64,000 nucleotides of DNA from the human T2T-CHM13v2.0 reference genome, Homo sapiens: the NCBI RefSeq assembly GCF_009914755.1, contig NC_060936.1; one strand, given 5' to 3'. The notes under the pieces were generated by a model. The model was not told the DNA's origin, did not search any database, and saw nothing but the letters and a program-made list of their open reading frames with translations. This document shows positions 13,201 to 28,211 of the stretch, piece by piece. How positions within the stretch are numbered: the first letter of the stretch is position 1; each line of letters opens with the position of its first letter. The position numbers and the translations under genes were made by a program.

Positions 13201-13618
13201 GCCCAAGTTGGCAGGAAGCCTTGAAATGGGAGGTCGAGGCACTTGTGTTGTGGTAGATAAACACAAAAGGCGAGGCAGAGGTCCCCCACCACGAGTGAAA
13301 GTGCATTCACACCGCGCATGTGCAGGGCCCAGGGGACCCTGTACTTCCCTGATTCATGTCCTTGGACTGCCTTGGGCCCACAGAGGACAGCCAAAGGCGG
13401 CAGGAAGGCTTGAAAGGGGAGGTGGAAGCACCTGTGCTATGGAAGGGAAACAAAAACGGCGAGGCAGTTGTCCCCCACAATGGGCAGAAGTGAATCCTCA
13501 CCACGCATAGGTGGGGCCCAGTGGAACCGCAAAAGGTAAAAGTGCCTTCCCACCTCACATACACAGGGACAAACGGACCCTGGGCATCCCTAATTTATGC
13601 CCAAGGAGTGCCCCAGCC
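1231..13618. repeat. GC-rich gamma-satellite-like tandem array, ~188-bp unit, ~65 copies (GSAT/GSATII family likely)
   Basis: Motif cttgaaaggggaggtcgaggcacctgtgtggtgtggaaggaaaaaaa recurs at ~188-bp spacing (e.g. ~2921, 3108, 3296, 5160, 5349, 5537, 13031, 13220, 13409). GC-rich and flanked by alpha satellite, the known context of gamma satellite. Exact family not verified. Confidence 0.85.
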
Positions 13619-13863
13619 CACTGCTTTTGTAGAACCTGGGGAGGGATATTTGGGAGTGCATTGAGGCCTACGATGAAAAAGAAAATATCTTCAGATAAAA
13701 ACTAGAAAGAAGATTTCAGATAACCTGCTTAGTAACATGTGCATTAATCTCACAGAGTTACAACTTTCTTTTGATTGAGCAGTTTGAAAACACTGTTTCT
13801 GTAGAATCTGCAAAGGGATGTTTCAGAGTACAATGAGGCCTATGGTGAAAAAGGAAATATCTT
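13619..13863. repeat. Alpha satellite (~1.4 monomers) between the gamma array and L1
   Basis: actgcttttgtagaacc...gaggcctatggtgaaaaaggaaatatctt. Confidence 0.95.
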
Positions 13864-13906
13864 TTATTTTATTTTATTTTATTATTTTATTTTATTTTAT
13901 TTTTTT
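13862..13906. repeat. (TTTTA)n microsatellite derived from the L1 poly(A) tail
   Basis: ttttattttattttattttatta... directly abutting the TSD. Confidence 0.9.
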
Positions 13907-14226
13907 CACATTTAGTATGTGCTTTAATAATATTTTATAGTTTCTTTCATAGTGTTGTTATAAATCTTGTTTGACATTTATTTCTGTAGATTTATATATA
14001 TACATATTTTTATTTTATTATTATTATACTTTAAGTTTTAGAGTACATGTGCACAATGCGCAGGTTAGTTACATATGTATACATGTGCCATGTTGGTGTG
14101 CTGCACCCATTAACTCGTCATTTAACATTAGGTATATCTCCTAAAGCTATCCCTCCCCCCTCCCTCCACCCCACAACAGTCCCCGAGTGTGATGTTCCCC
14201 TTCTTGCGTCCATGTGTTCTCATTGT

Positions 14227-18053
<3,827 letters not shown>

Positions 18054-18116
18054 TATGATGTTTGCTGGTTATTTTGCCCGTTAGTTGATGCAGTTACTTC
18101 CTAGCCTCGATGGTCT

Positions 18117-19125
18117 TTACAATTTGGCATGATTTTGCAGTGGCTGATACCAGTTTTTCCTTTCCGTGTTTAGTGCTTCCTTCAGGACCTCCTTTAGGAC
18201 AGGCCTGGTGGTGACAAAATCTCTCAGCATTTGCTTGTTTGTAAAGTATATTATTTCTCCTTCACTTATGAAGCTTAGTTTGGCTGGATATGAAATTCTG
18301 GGTTGAAAATTCTTTTCTTTAAGAATGTTGAATATCGACCCCCACTCTCTTCTGGCTTGTAGAGTTTCTGCCAAGAGATCCACTGTTAGTCTGATGGGCT
18401 TCTTTGTGGTAACTCGACCTTTCTCTCTGGCTGCCCTTAACATTTTTTCCCTTCATTTCAACTTGATGAATCTGACAATTATGTGTCTTGGAGTTGCTCT
18501 TCTCAAGGAGTATCTTTGTGGCATTCTCTGTATTTCCTGAATCTGAATGTTGGCCTGCCTTGCTAGATTGGGGCAGTTCTCCTGGATAATATCCTGCAGA
18601 GTGTTTTCCAACTTGGTTCCATTCTCCCCATCACTTTCAGGTACACCAATCAGACATAGATTTGGTCTTTTCACATAGTCCCATATTTCTTGGAGGCTTT
18701 GTTCATTTCTTTTTATTCTTTTTTTTTTCTCTAACCTTCCTTTCTCGCTTCATTTCATCTTCCATCACTGATACCCTTTCTTCCAGTTGATGGCATCAAC
18801 TCCTGAGGCTTCTGCCTTCTTCACGTAGTTCTCGAGCCTTGGCTTTCAGCTCCATCAGCTCCTTTAAGCAGTTCTCTGTATGGGTTATTCTAGTTATACA
18901 TTTATCTAAATTTTTTTCAAAGTTTTCAGCTTCTTTGGCTTTGGTTTGAATTTCCTCCTGTAGCTTGGAGTAGTTTGATCCTCTGAAGCCTCATTCTCTC
19001 AACTCATCAAAGTCATTCTCCATCCAGTTTTGTTCCATTGCTGGTGAGGAGCTGCATTCCTTTGGAGGAGGAGAGATGCTCCCCTTTTTAGAGTTTCCAG
19101 TTTTTCTACACTGTTTTTTCCCCAT
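18117..19125 (-). pseudogene. L1 ORF1 remnant, disrupted
   Basis: ATG at 19123-19125; fragments KRPNLCLIGVPESDGENG and MLRAAREKG...QNHAKL lie in separate ORFs. Confidence 0.92.
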
Positions 19126-20154
19126 CTTTGTGGTTTTATCTACTTTTGGTCTTTGATGATGGTGATGTACAGATGGGTTTTTGGTGTGGATGTCCTTTCT
19201 GTTTGTTAGTTTTCCTTCTAACAGACAGGACCCTCAGCTGCAGGTCTGTTGGAGTTTGCTAGAGGTCCACTCCAGACCCTGTTTGCCTAGGTACCAGCAG
19301 CGGTGGCTGCAGAACAGCGGATTTTCGTGAACCGTGAATTCTGCTGTCTGATCATTCCTCTGGAAGTCTTTTCTCAGAGGAGTACCCGGCCGTGTGAGGT
19401 GTCAGTCAGCCCCTACTTGGGGGGTGCCTCCCAGTTAGGCTGCTCGGGGCTCAGGGGTCAGGGACCCACTTGAGGAGGCAGTCTGCCCATTCTCAGATCT
19501 CCAGCTGCATGCTGGGAGAACAACTGCTCTCTTCAAAGCTGCAGACTCTGCTCTCTTCAAAGTCTGCAGAGGTTACTGCTGTCTTTTTGTCTGTGCCCTG
19601 CCCCCAGAGGTGGAGCCTACAGAGGCAGGCAGGCCTCCTTGAGTTGTGGTTTACTCCACCAAGTTGGAGCTTCCCCGCTGCTTTGTTTACCTAAGCAAGC
19701 CTAGGAAATGGCTAGCGACCCTCCCCCATCCTCACTGCTGCCTTGCAGCTTGTACTCAGACTGCTGTGCTAGCAATCAGTGAGACTCTGTGGGTATAGGA
19801 CCCTCTGAGCCATGTGCAGGATATAATCTCCTGGTGCACTGTTTTTTAAGCCCATCAAAAAAGCACAGTATTAGGGTGGGAGTGACCCGATTTTCCAGGT
19901 GCCATCTGTCACCCCTTTATTTGACTAGGAAAGGGAATTCCCTGACCCCTTGCACTTCCCAAGTGAGGCAATGCCTCGCCCTGCTTCGGCTCATACATGG
20001 TGCGCTGCACCCACTGCCCTGCACCCACTGTCTGGCACTCCCTAGTGAGATGAACCTGGTACCTCAGATGGAAATGCGGAAATCACCTGTCTTCTGCTTT
20101 GCTCACGCTGGGAGCTGTAGATTGGAGCTGTTCCTATTCAGCCATCTTGGCTCC
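19126..20154 (-). promoter_or_regulatory. L1 5'UTR internal promoter (YY1-site end; CpG-decayed)
   Basis: Reverse complement begins ggagccaagatggc; the 5'UTR is recognisable throughout. Confidence 0.85.
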
Positions 20155-20158
20155 AGCA

Positions 20159-23100
20159 GTGAAAAAGGAAATATCTTAAGATAAAAACTAGAAAGAAGCT
20201 TTCTGGGAGACTGCTTTGTGATGTGTGCATTCATCTCACAAAGGTAAATCTCTTTTGATGGAGCAGTTTGGAAACACTGTTTTTGTAGAATCCACAAAAG
20301 GATATTTGGGAGGGCATTGACGCCTATGGTGAAAAGAAAATCACTTCAGATTAAAAATAGAAAGAAGCTTTATTAGAAACTGCATTGCAATGTGTGGATT
20401 CATCTCACAGAGTTAAACATTGTTTGGATTGAGCAGTTTGGAAACAATGTTTTTGTAGAATCTCGGAAGGGATATTTGGAGCACATTGAGGTCTATTGTG
20501 AAAAAGGAAACATCTGCAGGTAAAAACTAGAAAGAAGCTTTCTGAGAAACTTCCCTGTGATGAGGGCATTCGTCTCACAGAGTTACACATTTCATTGAGC
20601 AGTTTGGAAACACTGTTTTTGTACAATCTGTGAAGGGATATTTAGGAGTGCATTGAGGCCTATGGTGAAAAAGGAAATAGCCTCAAATAAAAACTAGAAG
20701 GAAGCTTTCTGAGACACTGCTTTCTGACAGGAGCATTCCTCTCACAGCATTATAGCTTTCTTTTGATTGAGATATACGGAAACACTGTTTTTGCAGAATC
20801 TGGGAAGGGATATTTGGCAGTGCATAGAGGCCTGGGGCGAAAAAGGAAATATCTTCACATAAAAACTAGAAAGAAGTTTGTGAGAAACTGTTTTGTGATG
20901 TGTGCATTCATATCACAATGTTGAACCTTTCTTTTGATTGAGCAGTTTGGAAAGGCTATTTTTGTAGAATCTATGAAGTGATATTTGGGAGCACATTGAG
21001 GCATCTGCTGAAAAATGATATACAGATAAAAACTAGTAAAAAGCGTTATGAGAAACTGCTTTGTGATATGTGCATTCATTTCATAGAGTTAAACATTTCT
21101 GTTGGTTGAGCAGTGTGGAAACACTGTTTTTGTAGAATCTGGGAAGGGATATTTGGGAGCGCATTGAGGCCTATGGTGAAAAAGGGAATATCCTCAGATA
21201 AAAACTAGAAAGATGTTCTCTGAGAAATTGTTTTTTGATATGTGCATTCATCTCACAGAGTTACATCTTTCTTTTCATTGAGCTGTTTGGAAATATTGTT
21301 TTTGTGGAATCTGTAAAAGGATAATTGGGAACGCCTTAAGGCCTATGGTGAGAAAGGAAATATCTTCAGAAAAAAACTTGAAAGAAGCATTCTGAGAAAC
21401 TGCTTTGTGATGTGCACTTTCATCTCAAAGTGTTAAACCTTTCTTTTGATTGAGCAGCTTAGAAACACTTTTTTTGTAGAATCTGTGAAGGGATATGTGG
21501 GAGTGCATTGAGGCCTATGTTGAAAAAGGAAATGTGCTCATATAAACATTAGAAAGAAGATTTCTGAGAAACTCCTTTGGATGTGTGCACTCATCTCACT
21601 GATTGAAACCTTTCTTTTCATTGAGCAGTTTGGAAACACTGTTTTTGTAGAATCTGAGAAGGGATATTTGGGAGCACATTTGAGGCCTGTGGTGAAAAAG
21701 GAAATATATTCAGATGAAAACTAGAAAGAAGCTTTCTGAGATACTGCTTTGTCATGTGTGCATTCCTCTCACAGATTTAAACATTTCTTTTGATTGAGCA
21801 GATTAGAAACACTGTTTTTGTGGAAACTCTCATGGAATATTTGAGAGCACATTGAAGTCTATGGTGATAAATGAAATATCTTCAGATAAAAACTAAAAAG
21901 AACCTCATGGAGACATGGGTTTGTGATGTGTGCATTCATCTCACGTTAAACCTTCTTTTGATTGAGTAGTTTGGAATCACTGTTTTTGTAAAGTCTGCAA
22001 AGGAATATTTGGGAGCACAGGGAAATTTGGGAATGCTCTAAGTCCTGTGCTGAAAAAGGAAGTATTCTCGAAAAAAAATAGAAAGAAACTTTCTGAGAAA
22101 CTGCTTTGTGATGTGTAAATTCAACTCACAGAGTTAAACCTTTCTTTTGATTGAGCAGTTTGGAAACACTGTTTTTGTAGAATCCACAAAAGGATTTTTG
22201 GGAGGGCATTGAGGCCTTTGGTGAAAAAGGAAATATCTTCAAGTAAAAAATAGAAAGAAGCTTCATCAGCATTGTGATGTGTGGATTCATCTCACAGAGT
22301 TGAAACTTTGTTTTGATTGAGCGGTTTGGAAACACTGTTCTTGTAGAATCTGGGAAGGGATATTTGGGAGCACATTGAGGTCTGTGGTGAAAAAGGAAAT
22401 ATCCTCAGACAAAAACTAGAAAGAAGCTTTCTGAGAAACTGCTCTGTGATGAGGGCATTCATCTCACAGGGTTACACATTTCTTTTCATTGAGCAGTTTG
22501 GAAACACTGTTTTTGTACAATCTTCAAAGAGATATTTGAGAGTGCATTGAGGCCTATAGTGAAAAAGGAAATATCCCCAGATAAAAATTAGAAAGAAGGT
22601 TTCTGAGACACTGTTTTTGATGTGAGCATTCCTCTCACAGAGTTGAAGCTTTCTTTTGATTGAGATATACGGAAACACTGTTTTTGCAGAATCTATGAAG
22701 GGATATTTGGGAGTGCATAGAAGTCTAAGGTGAAAAAGGAAATATCTTCACATAAATACTAGAAAGCTTTGTGAGAAACTGCTTTGTGATGTATGCATTC
22801 ATATCGCAGTGTTGAATCTTTCTTTTGATTGAGCAGTTTGGAAAAACTTTTTCTAGAATCTATGAAAGGATATTTGAGAGCACATAGAGCCATATGGTAA
22901 ACAGGAAATATCTTCAGATAAAAACTAGAATGAAGTTTTATGAGAAACTGCTTTGTGATATGTGCATTCACTTCTTAGAGTTAAACCTTTCTTTTGATTG
23001 AGCAGTTTGAAAACACTGTTTTTGTAGAATCTGGGAAAGGATATTTGGGAGTGCATTGAGGCCTAAGGCAGAAAAGGAAATATCCTCAGATAAAAACGAG

Positions 23101-25119
23101 AAAGAAGCTTTCTGAGAAACTAGTTTTTGATATGTGCATTCATCTCAAAGAGTTTCACCTTTCTTTTGATTGACCAATTTTTGAACCTTGTTTTTGTACA
23201 ATCTGTGAAGAGATATTTGGGAACACCTTGAGGCCTATGGTGAAAAAGGTAACATCTTCATATAAAAACTAGAAAGAAGCTTTCTGAAAAACTGCTTTGT
23301 GATGTGTGCATTTATCTCATACAGTTGCACCTTTCTTTTCATTGAGCAGTTTGGAAACACTGTTTTTATAGAATCTGTGAAAGGATATTTGGGAGTGCAT
23401 TGAGGCCTACGGTGAAAGAGGAAATAACCTCAGACAAAAACTAGAAAGAAGCTTTCTGAGAAACTGCTCTGTGATGAGGGCATTCATCTCACAGAGTTAC
23501 ACATTTCTTTTCATTGAGCAGTTTGGAAACAGTGTTTTTGTACAATCTGCGAAGAGATATTTGAGAGTGCATTGAGGCCTATGGTGAAAAAGGAAATATC
23601 TTCAGATAAAAACTAGAAAGAAGCTTTCTCACATATTGCTTTGTGATGTGGTCATTCATCTCACAGAGTTAAACCAGTCTTTTGATTCTAGAGTTTGGAA
23701 ACACTCTTTTTGAAGAATCTGCAAAGACATATTTGGGAGTGCGTTGAGGCCTCTGGTGAAAAAGTAAATATCTTAAGGTAAAAACTAGAGAGAAACTTTC
23801 TGAGAAATGACTTGTGATGTGTGCATTCATCTTACAATTAAAACTTTCTTTTGATTCAGCCATTTGGAAACACTGTTTTTGTAGAATCTGCCAAGTGTTA
23901 TTTCAGATATCTTTGAGGCCTATAGTGAAAAGGGAAATATCTTCAGATAAATACTAGAAAGAAGTTTTGAGAAACTGCTTTTTGATGTGTGCATTCATCT
24001 CAATGAGATAAAACTTTGCTTTGATTGAGCAGTTTTGAAATACTGTTTTTGTAGAATCTGCAAAGGGATAATTGGGAGCACATTAAGGCTTATTGTGCAA
24101 AAGGAAATATCTTCAGATAAAAACTAGAAAGAAGCCTTCTGAGAAACCACTTTGTGATGTGTGCATTCATCTCACACTGTTAAACCTTTCCTTTGATTGA
24201 GCAGTTTGGAAACACTGTTTTTGTAGAATCTGCAAACGGATATTTGGGAATGCATTCAGGCCAATGGTGAAAAAGGAAATATGCTCAGATAAAAACTAGA
24301 AAGAAGGTTTCTGAAAAACTGCATTTTGATGAGTGCATTCATATCACAGAGTTAAATCTTTCTTTTAATGTAGCAGTGTGGCAACACTGTTTTTGTAGAA
24401 TCTGTGAAGGGATATTTTGGAGCGCATTGAGGCATATGGTGAAAAAGGAAATACCTTCAGATAAAAACTAACAGAAGCTTTCTGAGAAACTGTTTTGTGA
24501 TGAGTGCATCCATCTCACAGAGTTAAACGTTTATTTTGATTGAGCAGCTTGGAAACTGTTTCTGTAGAATCTGTGAAGAGACATCTGGGAGCCCTTTGAG
24601 GCCTATGGTGAAAAAGGAAATATCTTCAGATAAAAACTGGAAAGAAACTTTCAGAGAAAGTGCTTTGTGATGTTTGCATTCATATCACAGAGTTAAAACT
24701 TTCTTTTGATTGAGCAGTTTGGGACACTGTTTTTGTAGAATCTGGGAAGGGATATTTGGGGACATATTGAGGCCTATGGTGAAAAAGGAAATATCCCCAG
24801 ATAATAACTAGAAATAAGCTTTCTTAGAAACTGTTTTGTGTTGTGTGCATTCATCTCACAGCATTAAGGCTGTTTTTTGATTGAGCAGTTTGGAAACACA
24901 GTTTTTGTAGAATCTGTGAAGGGATATTTGGGAGCGCATTGAGACCTATGGGGAAAAATGAAATATCTTCAGATAAAAACTAGAAAGAAGCTTTCTGAGA
25001 AACTCCTTTGTGATGTCTGCATTCACCTGACAGTTAAACCTTTATTTTGATTGAGCAGTTTGGAAACACTGCTTTTGTAGAATCTGCCAAGGGATACTTG
25101 GGAGCACATTGAGGCCTAC
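20159..25119. repeat. Monomeric alpha satellite (~29 monomers)
   Basis: 171-bp periodicity with pJalpha-type boxes. Confidence 0.97.
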
Positions 25120-26033
25120 TGAAGGGGCCATCCCCTCCTCACATGTGGGTGTTTCTCATCCGGTGGTAAGAGAGACTGAGAAAAGAAATAAGACACAGAG
25201 ACAAAGTATAGAAAAAGAACATGGGCCCAGGGGACAGGAGCTTAGCATACAGAGGACCTGTGCCTGCACTGGTCTCTGAGTTCCCTCATTATTTATTGAT
25301 CACTATCTCTACCATCTCAGACAGGGGGTTGAGGGTATAGGGTAATGATGGGGAAATGTTCAGCATGAAAACATGTGAGCAAAGATCTCTGTGTCATAAA
25401 TAAGTTTAAGGAAACGGGCTGTGACTTGATGGGCATGTAGGCCAGATTTATGTTTGACTTTACACAAACATCTCAGTGCCTTAAAGAGCAGTATTGCCAC
25501 CAGCATGTCTCACCTCCAGCCATAAGGCGGTTTTCTGCTATCTCAGTAAACAGAACATACAACCGGGTTTTACACCGAGACATTCCATTCTCAGGGATGA
25601 GCAGGAAACAGATGCCTTCCACTTATCTCTATTGTAAAGAAGCCTTCCTCTTTCACTATTCCTTCTCATCACAGACCATTTATGGGTGCCAGGCTAGGGG
25701 ATGGTCAGGTCTTTCCCTTCCCACAAGGCCATATCTCAGGTGTTCATATGGGGAGAAACCTTGGAGATTACCTGGCTTTCCTGGAGAGAGGTCCCTGTGG
25801 CCTGCCTTCAAGCACTTTTTTAACAAAGCATATCCTGCACAGACCTAAATCCATTAAACCATGTGTCAACACATCACGTGTCTCTGCAAGCACAGGTTGG
25901 GGCTAGGGTTACAGATTAACAGCATCTCAAGGCAGGAGAATTTCTCTTAGTGTGGAACAAAATGGAGTTTCTTATGTCTACTACTTTCTACATAGACACA
26001 GTAACAGTCTGATCACTCTCTCATTTCCCCATA
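25120..26033 (-). mobile_element. 3' LTR (old LTR5A/5B-like), ~914 bp
   Basis: Reverse complement starts tatggggaaatgagagagtgatcagactgttactgtgtct and ends ccccttca; AATAAA at 25292-25297; about 68 bp shorter than the 5' LTR near 25802. Confidence 0.93.
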
Positions 26034-26051
26034 TTTCCCCCTTTTCTTTTC
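26034..26051 (-). other. Polypurine tract
   Basis: gaaaagaaaagggggaaa immediately upstream of the 3' LTR. Confidence 0.88.
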
Positions 26052-26807
26052 GACAATACCACCATCATCATCATGGCCTGTTCTCAATGGTTGCTGTCAC
26101 TTCAGAGCTGCTGGGTACACCTGTAGACTAACAACCGACAGAACAGGCACACAAAGATTAATATGAAATTTACAATAGTAGAACTTCCAATGGTCTTAAC
26201 CCAAGTGACAGGGTTAAGATTTGTGTGGCCATCAGCAACTCCTGCGATTGCCTCAGTTCCTGGTACCAAATTTAAATGAGTTTTTGATGCTTTGAAAACT
26301 TGTTCTTTTAATTTGGAAATGTCTAAAGTGAGATTATCTTCTCTTCCCTGTAGATGGTCTTTAGCCATGTCCCAGTGATGCTCAGACTCATTATAAACTC
26401 GGGGTGTAATACAAAATCTGATGTATTCCAGTCACACTATAACTGGAAACTATGTTCTAAGCTCATGAGCGTATCTCCTATCCAAATGACCATTTGTCTA
26501 AGCTCATTAATTTGATTTGCCAATTTTTGATCAATACCAGATTGTGAATTCCACAGTCTTGTAGAATTTTTTTTGACAATTATTAATAAAGTTTACTGTC
26601 TGAACAGAAGAGTGCAATGCAACTCCTACCACAGCAGCCATAGTTGTGACTGCAATTAATCCCATAATCACTGCAATTAAAGTAAAAATGAACCTTTTGG
26701 ATCTATTTAGATTGCCTTTTAATACTTCAGTCAAAATATGGATGGATGGCAAGGCCTCCCACGGTCAGTCCAGGGACACAGGGATCCACAATCCTGGGTC
26801 CACAATC

Positions 26808-27218
26808 CTGCTCAATCAAAAGAAAAGTTTAAATCTGTGAGATGAGTGCACACATCACAGAGCAGTTTCTCAGAAATCTTCTTTCTAATGTTTATCTGAG
26901 CACATTTCCTTTTTCACCATAAGCCTCAATGTGATCCCACACATCCCTTCACAGATTCTACATAATAGTGTTTCTAAGCTGCTCAATCAAAACAAAGGTT
27001 TAACAGTTTGAGATGAAAATGCATATCACAAAGCAGTTTCTCAGAATGCTTCTTTCAAGTTTTTTCTGAAGATATTTCCTTTTTCACCATAGGCCTTAAG
27101 GCCTTCCCTATTATCCCTTTGCAGATTCCACAAAAACAATATTTCCAAACTGCTCAATGAAAAGAAAGATGTAACTCTGTGAGATGAATGCACACATCAA
27201 AAAGCAATTTCTCAGAGA
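26808..27218 (-). repeat. Inverted alpha-satellite insert (~2.4 monomers) inside env
   Basis: ctgctcaatcaaaagaaaag...cagtttctcagaa is reverse-complement alpha; the only alpha segment in this orientation in the window. Confidence 0.96.
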
Positions 27219-28211
27219 GCCTTTTCTTGCTCTCACTAGCAGAATACAGTGCTGCCAATTAACAGTCGAATCAATGCAATTTAACAATCTGCAATTTTCA
27301 CAGGTTATAGTTTGCGAGTCTGGTTTAATGAATATATTTCCTACAACTAGCATATAAGGGGGCTTTCAAAACTTTTTAAAGGAACTGTTAGACTGGAATT
27401 TAGGGCGATAGTATAAAATGGCTTGTGATCTTTTTTTCTATAGCTTGATATCCAAACCAAATTCTAATGCGGTATGAGGCCACAGTAAGCCTCCTTAATT
27501 CTGATGTTCAGGGCCAGAAACAAGGCTTAGTATTTGTTGTCTTGGAGTAGAGATTCCTTTTTGTCACCATTCCCAATGGCAGAAAGACTATAATTTTTTG
27601 TGCTTATGTTTGTCCAAACTTTCTATTAAGTCACTATTAACAGCTGGACTCACTTGTGCACTGGGACACGACTGGGTTTGTCTTGTGCAATTGTGGCAGA
27701 ATTGACCTCGAGGTGCCCAGTCTATAATAATTCCAAATTCATTGTTCCATAATATCATCACACTATTGGCCACACTTTCTTGCCAAACTAAAACTTCTGT
27801 ACTTTTGATCTTTTGGGAATTTCCTTGGGGCAAGGTTTCCCTTTAGGCCTAAATTTTAATGATCTTTGATAAGAAAAGTCCTTTAAATAATTTACTTGTG
27901 GCTTGAGTGGCATTCCACTTACCATGTGATAAGTTAATCTACTGGTGGTACTGACAGTAGGTTCTTCTACCAACCAATTTTGGATTGCAGGCATTAAACA
28001 TCCTGGTGCTCTCCCTAAGCACATAGGAGGATAACGATGCCCAGTGGAAATATTTATCATCATTCCTTCTTCCTCAGGTTTGGGAGGGCAACGATCACCT
28101 GTGGGGACAGGTACACATGCACTATTATTAACATATACTTCAATAGGATTATCCATCCGTGTGATGGCCCAAATTAAGGGTGGGAAAGGCTCATAGGCCC
28201 AGTAGGTATAA

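Noticed and set aside
1231-13618. CRISPR-like or other repeat-spacer array
   Set aside because: Units are homologous along their whole length, with no unique spacers or associated genes; this is a eukaryotic satellite.
1167-13705. Dozens of overlapping 60-300 aa ORFs in the GC-rich array
   Set aside because: They occur in all six frames, repeat with the unit, and shift frame at variable A-tracts; this is expected for stop-poor GC-rich satellite.
19708-20184. L1 antisense ORF0 / 131-aa ORF
   Set aside because: It is the ORF0 frame, but a TGA at codon 25 after the ATG at 19708 truncates it; the listed ORF starts at a GTG downstream.
26808-27218. Alpha insert as an assembly artefact or retrotransposed alpha RNA
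   Set aside because: About 7% divergence from the local donor argues against misassembly; no poly(A) tail or TSD argues against L1-mediated insertion.
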